Positions 51,984 to 61,759 of a stretch of DNA of 64,000 nt are shown here, one piece after another. The first letter of the stretch is position 1. Each line of letters opens with the position of its first letter. The stretch is from assembly GCA_963817895.1 (NCBI GenBank), contig CAWFQB010000005.1, positions 736,001-800,000 on the forward strand, in the 5' to 3' direction. The notes under the pieces are model-generated. The model was not told where the DNA came from. It ran no database searches and worked only from the letters and a program-made list of their open reading frames with translations. The DNA comes from an uncultured Chthonomonadaceae bacterium. Lineage in GTDB: Bacteria; Armatimonadota; Chthonomonadetes; Chthonomonadales; Chthonomonadaceae. Both the position numbers and the translations under genes were made by a program.

Positions 51984-52559
51984 TCATCCTTCATCCTTTG
52001 CTATGTCCTCGCTCGGCATAACAATCATACTTAACAGTCGTCTTCGACGCCCCTCTTCGGGCGTTTGCGCCAGCCACTTGCGAAAAACAACATTTAACTC
52101 GTTCGCCATTTCGCCGGCCTCTTCGTCCGTGAGATAAACCGGAAAGGTGCTGTACCCGAACTCGCCCGGTGTCAATTGCGCGGGATGGTGTTCTGCGAAA
52201 TTGCGAAATTGCGCCAGCAGCGACGCTACATAAGCCGTGAAGTAGCGAAGATTGGCTTTCGGCGTCTCGTTCGCCAGTTCCTGCGCGGTCAAAGTGGCGT
52301 TTTGCTCCTCGACGGCATACACTTTTTCCAGTGTGCCGCGTACCGGCGTCTCTTTCACAACCCGTATCACGTCCGCCGCGTACAGCGTCTGAATATGCCG
52401 ATAAAGCGAGGCGCGCGGCACATCCGGCAGACACTCCCCGATCTGCTGCGGAGTCATTTCCCGCCCGGTCAGCGTCATCAGGATGCGCAGGCGTACCGGA
52501 TGCAATAGATGGGCCGCTTTGGATTTAGAATCGGGGGCGTGGAAACCGGGTGTTTTCAA
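51984..52559 (-). CDS. ArsR-like HTH transcriptional regulator
   Basis: LLHPVRLRIL...PDVPRASLYRHI..L...RGTLEKVY. Confidence 0.82.
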   Translation of the reverse strand: MKTPGFHAPDSKSKAAHLLHPVRLRILMTLTGREMTPQQIGECLPDVPRASLYRHIQTLYAADVIRVVKETPVRGTLEKVYAVEEQNATLTAQELANETPKANLRYFTAYVASLLAQFRNFAEHHPAQLTPGEFGYSTFPVYLTDEEAGEMANELNVVFRKWLAQTPEEGRRRRLLSMIVMPSEDIAKDEG

Positions 52560-52730
52560 AAGCGAGTTTTTCCTTATTTTCAGACGGTAGCGGCAAGTCG
52601 TCGGCTTCGCGCTTCTCTGCTAGTATCGTGAAAACATTGCCGGCGCAAAGTGATTATTCTCAATATGATTATATTCTCAATTTTGGGATTAGTCAAGGCG
52701 CAGGATAAAATTTATCGCGCGAAGCCGCAT

Positions 52731-54860
52731 TTACTTTGGCGTGGGGAGGTTCTTGTCCGGCAGGGGATTGTAGTTTGGAGGCAACGTAACCCGAACCAGC
52801 GCCCATTCGCCGTTCGGTCCACGCTGCTGGAGAATATGGGCAGATGCGCCCGGAACCCCGCCGATTTCCGGCGTCAGCAGGCGCGTATAAGCATTGTAGG
52901 TAAGGACAACATCGGCTTCTCGACCACCCGGCGGCACACAGCGGACGAGAAACGGCAGCAGCGGAACCTCCTTGTGTTCAAACGGAGCATACCCGGCATA
53001 GAAATTCATGCTTGGACGGCGCGGAATGATATTGAAATACACAACCGGTATTCCCTGCGCGGCATCCGAACGCGCATCCCTCGCCACCTGCTGATATGGC
53101 CCCAACACGCTGTTATGAAGAACCCCATACCCCTCGCTTCCCAAAATCGCAACCACAACGCCCATCATGGCGATCAATGCGCCAATGCCTGTTAGTGGTT
53201 GGTGGTTGGTGGTTGGTGGTTGGTTTCTGGTAATTAAGGCTGTATTCGGAACGCCCAATGCCTGTCTCTCAACATCGGCTTTGCGGAAGCAGAACCAGGC
53301 GAGGGCGCTTCCGAGCGTCAGGGTGAGGGCGAGATGCCAGGCCAGCGGAATGACGCCAACCGGCAAAGGGGCGTTGGGCGGAACGAAGCGCGGCGCGATT
53401 GGCAACGCGCAAAGCAGCAGTAGCCCGATGAACAAAGCGCATAACGCGCCGCGCCGCAGCGAACGACCGGAATTCAGGGGTTGCTTCCGCTCCTGCTCTT
53501 CTTGTCCCTGCCCGCTTAATACAGCATCCAGCCAACGCCCTACCAGCAGCGCGGCGGCAGGATACGCGGGCGCAATATACGTCGGCAATTTCGCCGCCCC
53601 CAAACTGAAAAACACAAACAGCGTCCAGAACCAGGTGAGGAGAAAGGAGGAAGGAGGAAGGATGAAGGATGAATCCTCCCCCTCTCGTATCTCGTATCTC
53701 GTATCTCGTATTTTCTCCTCTTCTCCTTTTCTCCTCTTCTCCTTTTCTTCTTTTCTGTTCCGAAACGCGGCGGGGGTGAAACCGGCCCAGGGGAAGAAGA
53801 ACAGAAGGAAGTAGACGAAATAGGTGGGCAGCGGCTGATTGTGAACCGTATCCAGACCTTTGAAGCGCCCGATATGCTGGCGCTGAATATATTCCATAAC
53901 CCATGTGCGCCCCTGCGCGTCGCGTTCCGGGCTGCCGACAATCCGCAAATGCCAGGGCGCGGCAACAACCAGCAACAGCAGCAGGCCAACAAAGGGCCGC
54001 AACCGCCGAACGCCTGCCCAAACACGATGCAAAGGATGTAGTTTCAGGGCAAACCGCAGGCGTGGGCCGAGGGGAGTTTTCCAACGCGCCCGCAGCATAA
54101 GCCGATCCAGCGTCAGGTAAACGCCGATAATCAAGAGCGGCAGCAGCAGGCCGACAATGCCTTTTGTCAGGATTGCCAGCGCGGAGAAAAGCCAGAAGAA
54201 GATACGAGATACGAGATACGAGATACGAGAAGCATGTACATTGCCTCGTATCTCGTATCTCGTATCTCGCGCCTGAACTTCCCAGAAGCAGAACAGGGCG
54301 AGGGTGAACCATAATACGAGCAGGCCGTCTGTTGTCATCTGGCGGGCATCTACGAGCGTCATCGGGTTGGCAGCGAATATGGCTCCGGCGAATAAACCGG
54401 CGCGGCGGGTAAATCGGCGGTGTCCGAACAGCGCGATTGCAAATGTCGTGAGCAGAGCGGCCAGAGCCGCAGGCAGACGCGCGGCCCACAGGTTTCGTCC
54501 GAATACGCGCATAGAACCCGCTGACGCCCAGTAGACCAGAGTCGGTTTTTCAAAAAAGGGAATTGCCGTTACGCCCGGACGCTCCGGCTGGCGCGTGTTG
54601 ATACGGGGCGTGACCCAATCGTCCGATACCACCATCTGCTGGGCGCAGGTCACGTACAGCGCCTCGTCAAGATCGAACAGCGGCGCATCGCCCAATCGCC
54701 AGAAAAACAGGAACAGACACAGGGCCAGAAGGCCGAGTTCCAGTTGCCAGTCGCGTACCCGGTGAAAAAGGCTCCCGCGCTCCGGCGCTGAAATAGAATC
54801 GGCCTGTTGGTTTGCTCCGTTAGTGGCGGAGGAGGGTGAATTCAACATAGTGTGGTACAC
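52731..54860 (-). CDS. ArnT/GT83-type (glycosyltransferase family 39-like) integral membrane glycosyltransferase
   Basis: LFDLDEALY, DWVTP, FFEKP.L.YW, LTKG, H.QP..YF....FFPW and KLPTYI.P.YP. Contains in-frame heptamer repeat insertions. Confidence 0.9.
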   Translation of the reverse strand: MYHTMLNSPSSATNGANQQADSISAPERGSLFHRVRDWQLELGLLALCLFLFFWRLGDAPLFDLDEALYVTCAQQMVVSDDWVTPRINTRQPERPGVTAIPFFEKPTLVYWASAGSMRVFGRNLWAARLPAALAALLTTFAIALFGHRRFTRRAGLFAGAIFAANPMTLVDARQMTTDGLLVLWFTLALFCFWEVQARDTRYEIRGNVHASRISYLVSRIFFWLFSALAILTKGIVGLLLPLLIIGVYLTLDRLMLRARWKTPLGPRLRFALKLHPLHRVWAGVRRLRPFVGLLLLLVVAAPWHLRIVGSPERDAQGRTWVMEYIQRQHIGRFKGLDTVHNQPLPTYFVYFLLFFFPWAGFTPAAFRNRKEEKEKRRKGEEEKIRDTRYEIREGEDSSFILPPSSFLLTWFWTLFVFFSLGAAKLPTYIAPAYPAAALLVGRWLDAVLSGQGQEEQERKQPLNSGRSLRRGALCALFIGLLLLCALPIAPRFVPPNAPLPVGVIPLAWHLALTLTLGSALAWFCFRKADVERQALGVPNTALITRNQPPTTNHQPLTGIGALIAMMGVVVAILGSEGYGVLHNSVLGPYQQVARDARSDAAQGIPVVYFNIIPRRPSMNFYAGYAPFEHKEVPLLPFLVRCVPPGGREADVVLTYNAYTRLLTPEIGGVPGASAHILQQRGPNGEWALVRVTLPPNYNPLPDKNLPTPK

Positions 54861-54931
54861 TCAAACATCACAAACACACAGGCAACGTTCCGAGTCAATC
54901 GTCGAAACTTCGGAAACCCGCCCGAGGAGAT

Positions 54932-55741
54932 ATGAAAGCGCGAGGAGCGGAAAACCGGGATGAAAACGGAATTTTGAGGACAGCACAGGTGCAGCAGGAA
55001 GCAGAATACAGGAAGACAAAATTTGCCCCGCGTTGGATGCGCGCGCGCGCGTTTACGCTGATGGAAATGCTGGTGGCGCTCGCCGTGATTGCGCTGTTCG
55101 CGGTGATTGTCGTGCCTGCCCTGACGCGGGCGCATCGCAACGCGAATCGCGCGACATGCTTCAACAACATTCATCAGTGCGGGCTTGCCGTCAGCATGTA
55201 CATCGAAGATTACGACAATGTGTTTCCCACGTACCGCGTAGATACCCACTACGCGGCGCAGCCCGAATCCCTGCTGGAATGGCACGACGCTTTTTGCCGC
55301 GCGGCGGGCGGGCAGCCCGATCAAATCTCCTGGGTGTCCCTCACGCGCCCTTATGCCAGCGCCCGCAACCGCGCTTTACAGTCCTCCACAGCCAACAGCG
55401 GCATGGATGTCTACTACTGCCCGGAAGACGACGCGCGCAATGCCGCCGCAACCTCCTACGAGTTCAAGATGCTGCTGGCGACCGGCCTCCCCTTATCCCA
55501 GGTTCACTCCCTAGCGGCGACAACCCTGCTCTGGGAACAGTGGGCTTTTCACGGCGAAACCGTGCTATCCGAGTACGACCGCCGCGCCGAAATGAACATG
55601 GTGTTTGTGGACGGCCATACCGCCTGGGTACGATTGTCCAACACCACGAACGCGCTTTACAGCAAAGGCCCCGACCTGCACTGGCTCCCCTCCGACCCGG
55701 CCACCCCTGCCCAGTACCGGGAAGAGGATGTAGCATATTGA
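54932..55741 (+). CDS. Prepilin-type N-terminal cleavage/methylation protein with H-X9-DG-like motif (DUF1559-like)
   Basis: AFTLMEMLVALAVIA, C.NN..Q.GLA..MY..DYD..FP and MNMVFVDGH. Confidence 0.88.
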   Translation: MKARGAENRDENGILRTAQVQQEAEYRKTKFAPRWMRARAFTLMEMLVALAVIALFAVIVVPALTRAHRNANRATCFNNIHQCGLAVSMYIEDYDNVFPTYRVDTHYAAQPESLLEWHDAFCRAAGGQPDQISWVSLTRPYASARNRALQSSTANSGMDVYYCPEDDARNAAATSYEFKMLLATGLPLSQVHSLAATTLLWEQWAFHGETVLSEYDRRAEMNMVFVDGHTAWVRLSNTTNALYSKGPDLHWLPSDPATPAQYREEDVAY

Positions 55742-55745
55742 GGAA

Positions 55746-55803
55746 GATACGAGATACGAGATACGAGTAATACAGTGCTTCTCGTATCTCGTATCTCGTA
55801 TCT
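55746..55803. repeat. Heptamer-repeat hairpin (GATACGA)n
   Basis: gatacgagatacgagatacgag ... ctcgtatctcgtatctcgtatc between convergent genes. Confidence 0.8.
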
Positions 55804-55804
55804 T

Positions 55805-56602
55805 CTACTCCCCCTTGTCCTCCGTCGCGTGGGCCGCGTTGATTGCCAGGTTGCGACCCGTGCCGATTGGCTCGGACAGCAGCAGGCCGAAGCCGACGGT
55901 GTTTGATTCCCACCCGTACATGCCTACATCCGCGCTGTTGCGGAGATGAAAGGTCCGATTGCCGATGGGCAGTTCCGACGTGCGGGCAAATACTGTACTT
56001 GCGGGGACAAGGTAAACGGCGGCCAGTCCCTGTGGAGTGCGGTATAACAGCCGTCCGACGAATTGTTGCGGCGCGGCGATGACATCCGCGCCCAGCAGTT
56101 CTCCATGCGAAAGTGTCAGGCTCACGGGCGGCAGTTCGGCGTGGAGATTGTCGCGCAGCCAGCGCGCGGCCTTATCGGGATCGTCCGTGCGGTAGGAGGG
56201 GATAACCGCGTGCGCCTGCGCTGACCGGAAGTTGCTCAATACGGCCTCTATGGGAAATTCCTGCGCGGGCGCAAGATTGGCCCACACCGCGCTCAACAAA
56301 AACACCATCATGCTGCTTCCCGCCAGCGCCCAGCGCAGCCGGCTTCTGCGCGTTTGCTGCGCGTCCCGTATATTCCACGCTGTGGAAGCGCGTTCCCACA
56401 GAGGAGCGGGTGGCATTAACTTCCTGTCGCGGGCAGCCAGCAGGCGCAGTTGGTGGCGCATAGCCGCCTGTTCCCGCGCCAATCGGCTACAGGACGCGCA
56501 AACGTCCAGATGCGCCTTGACCCTGCCCCGCGTTTTGGCGTCGCCCTGTTCGGCGACGAAATCCGCCAGATGCGTTTCCACTTCTTTACACGCAAAATTC
56601 AC
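55805..56602 (-). CDS. Zinc-binding anti-sigma factor (zf-HC2) with TM and extracytoplasmic domain
   Basis: C.EV...L..F...HLDVCASC (HxxxCxxC), a central TM, and position downstream of the ECF sigma. Confidence 0.85.
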   Translation of the reverse strand: MNFACKEVETHLADFVAEQGDAKTRGRVKAHLDVCASCSRLAREQAAMRHQLRLLAARDRKLMPPAPLWERASTAWNIRDAQQTRRSRLRWALAGSSMMVFLLSAVWANLAPAQEFPIEAVLSNFRSAQAHAVIPSYRTDDPDKAARWLRDNLHAELPPVSLTLSHGELLGADVIAAPQQFVGRLLYRTPQGLAAVYLVPASTVFARTSELPIGNRTFHLRNSADVGMYGWESNTVGFGLLLSEPIGTGRNLAINAAHATEDKGE

Positions 56603-56695
56603 GCGGCTGTCCTTCTCTACGGTAGGTGTTCAGGTGTTCAGGAAAATGCTGAATGTTAAGAGATAAACGAAGTTTTCACTATTGAACACTTTTCG

Positions 56696-56844
56696 CCGGG
56701 TATTGAAAATACCCGTCTGGGTGGCGTTCCGCCAGGCGTCCTTCGGACGCGAAAAACTGTAAACAAAGAATTGCGTCCGTAGGAGGACATAACATGTTAT
56801 GTCCCTACGTCGCAGGCCATGTAGACAGAGGTTTTCAACCCCTG
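56696..56844. repeat. REPIN-like element with nested GTAG-type REP
   Basis: Reverse complement of 27708-27840, with one hairpin replaced by gtaggaggacataacatgttatgtccctac. Confidence 0.85.
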
Positions 56845-56871
56845 ACAAAATATGTGCAGATTTATCCTTTG

Positions 56872-57463
56872 TCATTGCCGCCGAAGGGCGGGTTGCGGTT
56901 CCAATGCGGCGCGCAGGTGCGAACGCCCGCGAAACACGCGGGAACGCACGGTTCCTATCGGGACATGCAGGGCTTCCGCCGCCTGCTGATAGGAGAGTTC
57001 TTCTAAATCCACCAGAATAATCGCAAGGCGGAACTCTTCGGGCAGACTGTCCAGCGCGCCCTGCAACCGTTCATCCAGAACCTGCGTCATCATGGCGGTC
57101 AACAGGGTCGTGTTCGGCATCGGGGTCGGCATGTTCCCAGGCATGGCCCTGCGCGGACGCCATCGCGTAATTCGCGGTAACGGGGCGGCGGCGGGCGCGT
57201 TCACAATCGTTGAGATACGTATGTGTCAGTATAGTAAACAGCCACGCGCGAAAGTTGGTTCCCGGCGTGAAGGATTCGTAGCGCTCATAAGCGCGAACCA
57301 GCGTATCCTGCGTTAAATCTTCCGCCCATTCCACCTGCCGCGTCAGACGCAGAGCCGCCTGATACAGCGGCGCAAAGTAGACCCGCGCCTGCTGCTCGAA
57401 CTGCCGTCTGGAATTGCCGACAAATAACCTCAACGCAAGCCTCGCTTCACCACACTGTGCCAA
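56872..57463 (-). CDS. ECF sigma-70 factor (SigH/SigR-like), frameshifted
   Basis: AEDLTQDT..RAY...F.PGTNFRAWLFTIL (region 2); LPEEFR..IILVDLEELSY...A..L.VPIGTVRSR..RGR (region 4). Confidence 0.9.
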
Positions 57464-57816
57464 TCTGTTCGCGCGCCTACCTGCAATACTGCCATTTCCC
57501 GCTTTGAGTTAACACCCTGCCGATGTTAAAACTCGCCCCGTTGCGCAACCCTGCGCAACGGGCGCGGAAAAGTCGTCTCCTAATCTTTATTATAGCATTT
57601 TCCTGCCTCACCTTCCCGCGCTTTCCCGCTTTATCTTTTCAAATTATTCTGTTTCTATTGTGTTTACCCCGCTCGATTGCCGGTTTGGGTTCCACCCTGA
57701 CAACCGCTTCTTTTTCCCCTATCCTTGCGGGGAATGTCCGCCGCCTCCCTGACCAATACTATTCTCGTTCGACCGCGCTTGTGCTAATCGCGGTCACAAT
57801 CGCATCTAAACGGTTC

Positions 57817-57970
57817 CCACCGAACGGGCAAAGCCGGCGAAAGCCGGTGTCGCAAAGTTACGGACCTAACAGGAGGAAGAGAAAGGGAAAAGGGAAAAGT
57901 GGCATTGCTGTTACTTTCTCCTTTCTCCTTTCTCCTTCTCCTCACGGTCGCCGAACTGCCGAGTCGGAGC
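57817..57970 (+). ncRNA. c-di-GMP-I (GEMM) riboswitch, copy 1
   Basis: GGGCAAA-gccggc-GAAA-gccgg-tgtCGCAAAG-ttacgg-acCTAA...cacggtcgccgaactGCCGA matches GEMM-I architecture, with a GAAA tetraloop and receptor. About 72-nt insert in the P3 loop. Confidence 0.88.
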
Positions 57971-57992
57971 ATGTCAGTAAGGAGCCTTAACC

Positions 57993-58718
57993 GTGCGAAA
58001 ATTAAACTCTCTGTTTGCCGTTCTTGCTTTGTCCGGGGTTGCCGTCAGCGCGCAGGCGCAGATAACAATGAAGACTTCCAGCCGCATCAGCGGCGGGTAT
58101 GGAATCAACTTCACCTACAATAATGTGGCGGGAAGCACGTCCTATGCGGGGCCGTTCGCGACAACCGTACTCGGGCCGGGGATTGGGTACAACAATTTCG
58201 ACTCGTACTGCGTTGATTTGTCGCATGGGCTTTTGCCTGCGGAAACCATTACGCCAAAGGACATCAAGGCGGCATTACCAACCAGCGGCGCTCAGGTTGC
58301 CTATCTGTACGATACGTTTGTGGGCAGCGTGGGCAACGACGCCGTGAAAGGAGCAGCCCTTCAGATCGCTATATGGGAAGTAGAATATGACTATACGGGC
58401 AGTGGCGTCACTCACGGCATTGACCTGAATGACGGCGCGTTTAAGTTCACCAGTGTCAGGGGAGATGACGCCGGCGGCACGGAATACAACAACATTCTGG
58501 CGCAACTGACCAATACCGGACACACGGGCTATCTGGATAACGTGCCAACGAGTTTCAGCGGCACGGCAAAGTTTCTGGAGGCAAATCACCCAACGGGCAA
58601 TACAGGGCAGAGTCTTATCGGTCCGGCCAATGTTCCCGAACCGGGCATGGTCAGCCTGATGGCTTCCAGTCTCGTCGGCATGAGCGCGTTCGCCCTGCGC
58701 CGACGCCGCAAAGCCTGA
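57993..58718 (+). CDS. PEP-CTERM protein with thioester-domain (TED) motifs
   Basis: Signal peptide; SYCVDL, ALQIAIWE and late GQSLI; VPEPGM-TM-RRRRKA. Confidence 0.85.
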   Translation: MRKLNSLFAVLALSGVAVSAQAQITMKTSSRISGGYGINFTYNNVAGSTSYAGPFATTVLGPGIGYNNFDSYCVDLSHGLLPAETITPKDIKAALPTSGAQVAYLYDTFVGSVGNDAVKGAALQIAIWEVEYDYTGSGVTHGIDLNDGAFKFTSVRGDDAGGTEYNNILAQLTNTGHTGYLDNVPTSFSGTAKFLEANHPTGNTGQSLIGPANVPEPGMVSLMASSLVGMSAFALRRRRKA

Positions 58719-58786
58719 TTATCACGAACATATCACGAACGCGTCATTGAGCAACTCGCTAATAATTCACTAACAACAGGCTCCAA

Positions 58787-59015
58787 CCGAACGGGCAAAG
58801 CCGGCGAAAGCCGGTGTCGCAAAGTTACGGACCTAACGGGAAAAGGATGAGGGATGAAGGAGGAAGGATGAAGAGGATGCTCTCTTCTCCTCAACCTTGC
58901 GCGGCAGACCGGAAAACTTCCGCAAAAAGGAAACAGGAAACAGACAGGCATTGTCTTCCTCCTTCCTCCTTCATCCCTCATCCTTTGCCTCACGGTCGCC
59001 GAACTGCCGAAAGGA
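58787..59015 (+). ncRNA. c-di-GMP-I (GEMM) riboswitch, copy 2
   Basis: Same 5' and 3' core as copy 1; about 150-nt different insert. Confidence 0.88.
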
Positions 59016-59069
59016 CCGTCACCCTGTCGGCGCAGCATATCCCTGCGCCGACATCGAGGAAAAGAGCCA

Positions 59070-60475
59070 TTTTTATCACGAATAGCATCACAACGGCGCG
59101 GCAATGGAATGCGCGTCGAGGCAGCGCGTCTCGTTTCGGTGGTTTGCGCGCGCTGTTTTCCCTTGCGGCGGTTGCCGGAATGACCCTGCTTGCGCCCATT
59201 TGCGCAAACGCGGATGTAAACAGCACCAGCATTTCAGGGCGCGTAGTCAATGATGCCAATGGAAACGGCAGCATTGACGCCGGGGAAATATTCCTGGCAG
59301 GCGTTCAGGTCAACCTGTACGACAGCGCGAACAATCTGGTCGCCACCGCTTACACGGGGCCGGGATCAGATCACACTTACACATTCAGCGGACTGACGCC
59401 GGGAACTTATACGGTCAAATTGCCAACGTTGCCGAGCGGTTACACAGCGACGAACGCCATTCCCGGCATGGAGGCGAGCGGGTTTGTCGTGGTCAGCAGC
59501 GGCCCGGTGGGAATGAAAGTCAGCAATACCGGTATTCAGGTACCCGCTCTGACGGATGGCGATATGTTCACGCCTAACGACTTCCTGATTACGCAGCAGG
59601 CTCCGCCGCCACCCCCGCCTGCGCCGCAGCCGGTCAATATCTGCGGCGTGGTTTATCGGGACATTAATTGCAACGGAACGCTGCAATCGGGCGAACCGGG
59701 GCTTTCCGATGTAGAACTGCAACTGGTGGATGGCAACGGCAACATCGTCGCCACTGTGGATACCGACGTCAACGGCAACTACTGCTTTATGAATGAGCCG
59801 GTCGGCGCGTACACCATTCGGGAAACGGTTCCCTGCGGGCTGACTGCTGACAACGCCCTGCCGGGTACGGCGGCAACTGTGGTCAACTGCACAACCCTGA
59901 AAGTGGCGGCGACAACGGGAGGAACAAGCTATGTAAACGAAAACTTCTTGCTGTGCCTTGCGAAAAGCTGTTCGCCATTCGTCACGTTCACGCAGTGCGA
60001 ATATGGCACGCCCATCAACTGCTCGTGCCTGACCGCCTGGATAGACAAGTTTTATACCTGCCTGTATCCGAACGGTTTGACAGTGGGCCGGGGCAAGACC
60101 ATCACGTACAAAAAGGCGTGTGACATCGTGAACTTCCTGCCGCAGTGCGGGACACCGGGACAACTGACGCATACGTACATCAATCCGACATGCGCCACGG
60201 AAGCCGGAAGCCTTGCCGGGGAAGTGACCGCGCTGCAACTGAACACGGACATTTCCGACGCGGGCGCAACCCGCTGCGGACTGGCGGACTTGCAGGTGAC
60301 GTGCGGCCCGCTTTCCGGCTACACCGTCGCGCAGGTGCTGTATCTGGCGAACGGCGTGTTGGGCGGCACAAGCGCATTGCCTTCGGGCGTGTCGCTGTGC
60401 AGCCTGAACAACACCGTCGCCGCGATCAACAGCAACTTCTGGTGCGGCTGCTGGAATGGCGGATGCCTCCGTTAG
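59070..60475 (+). CDS. Secreted SdrD-B-like domain protein with Cys-rich C-terminal half (start uncertain)
   Basis: Signal peptide ending PICANA; two G.V..D.N.NG....GE..L..V...L.D SdrD-B repeats joined by a Pro linker; about 20 Cys in the distal ~280 aa. Confidence 0.8.
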
Positions 60476-60613
60476 TGATTGGTGGTTGGTGGCTGGTCAA
60501 TTGTTGACAAAATTATCTATGTTCACCGATTTTCCGGCGAACACAGGTAAAATCTCTCAACATATTACCAATCACCAATCACCAACCACCAACCACTTTT
60601 CCTACAAGGAGAC

Positions 60614-61748
60614 TTGAAGCTCATGCGCGTCACCGACGACAATTTGAAACTGCTGGATACCACGTTTGGCGGCTATCTGGAAGGCGAGGCCGTCAACGCT
60701 TTTTTCGACACCTACGGCATCAACTTTTCCGCCGGTCACTGGTGCGCGGGCGGGTTCAGCGACCGCTTTTGCCGCACCTACTCGGAAGAGCCGCTGGACG
60801 AGAGCGCGGTGGGGCAGATTTCCCGCGTGGCGCAGGCGGGCATCAAGGGCGTGGAACTCAACAACGAGATGTTCCTGAGCGAAAACGGCAACACGCTGAC
60901 CATTGACGAGGCCAAAATCCGCGAAGTTCAGGACGCGCTGGCGCATTACAATCTGACGCCCACCAACATGAACACCAATATCTGGACGCGCGCCTATTAT
61001 CGCATGGGCGGCATCACCAACCCGGACGCGGCCCGGCGGAAGATGGGGCTGGAATACTGCCTGCAAACCGTCGAACTCGCCAAACGCCTCAACTGTCCGA
61101 GCGCGCAATTGTGGCCCGGTTCCGATGGGTGGGACTACCATTTCGAGGTGAATTACGGGCAGCAGTTGGACTGGTTCATTGACGGCTGCGTGGAAATCGC
61201 GAAGAAAGCGCAGAGTCTGGGCCTGAAGTTCGGCACAGAGGCCAAGCAGAAAGAGCCCCGCGAAGGCAACATGATCCTCAACACGACCGCCAAAGCCGCG
61301 CTTGTCGCCAAAACCGTCAATGAAACGGTCGGCGCGACGGTCATGGGCGTCGTGATCGACTACGGACACGAGCAGATGGTGGGCAATCAGCCCGCCGACA
61401 GCCTGTATCTGCTGAAGCGGATGCGGCGTTCCCATCGCCAACTTCCACATCAACGCCGCCAAATACAACAGCAACGACGAAGACCGCGTGACCGGCACCG
61501 ACGACATCTGGCGTCTGGCCGAGTTCTGCTACGCGGCCATTGATACGGGCTATGAGGGCTGGTTCGGCGAAGATCAGTTCACGTACCGCATGGAGCCGGT
61601 CAAGGCCATGTCGCTGTCCAAAGAACTGTTCGCCAACGCCATGAAAAAAGCCCTGAAAATCTATCAGGTGCGGGACAAACTGGCTGCCGCGCAGGAAACC
61701 GGCGACGCCGGCAACGTCATAGACGTCGTCAAGCGGATACTGAACTGA
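60614..61748 (+). CDS. Xylose-isomerase-like TIM-barrel sugar isomerase (frameshift near 61425)
   Basis: WPGSDG, EAKQKEPR, IDYGHEQM and FHIN...D.D metal-site motifs. Confidence 0.8.
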
Positions 61749-61759
61749 GGATAGTTGAA

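Noticed and set aside
57817..59015. c-AMP-GMP (GEMM-Ib) specificity
   Set aside because: The discriminator position reads G (GGGCAAA), as in c-di-GMP binders, not A.
58814..59070. N-terminal extension of ORF 58814-60475, and ORFs 57523-57990 and 58733-59104
   Set aside because: They read through the riboswitch and repeat hairpins; non-coding leader.
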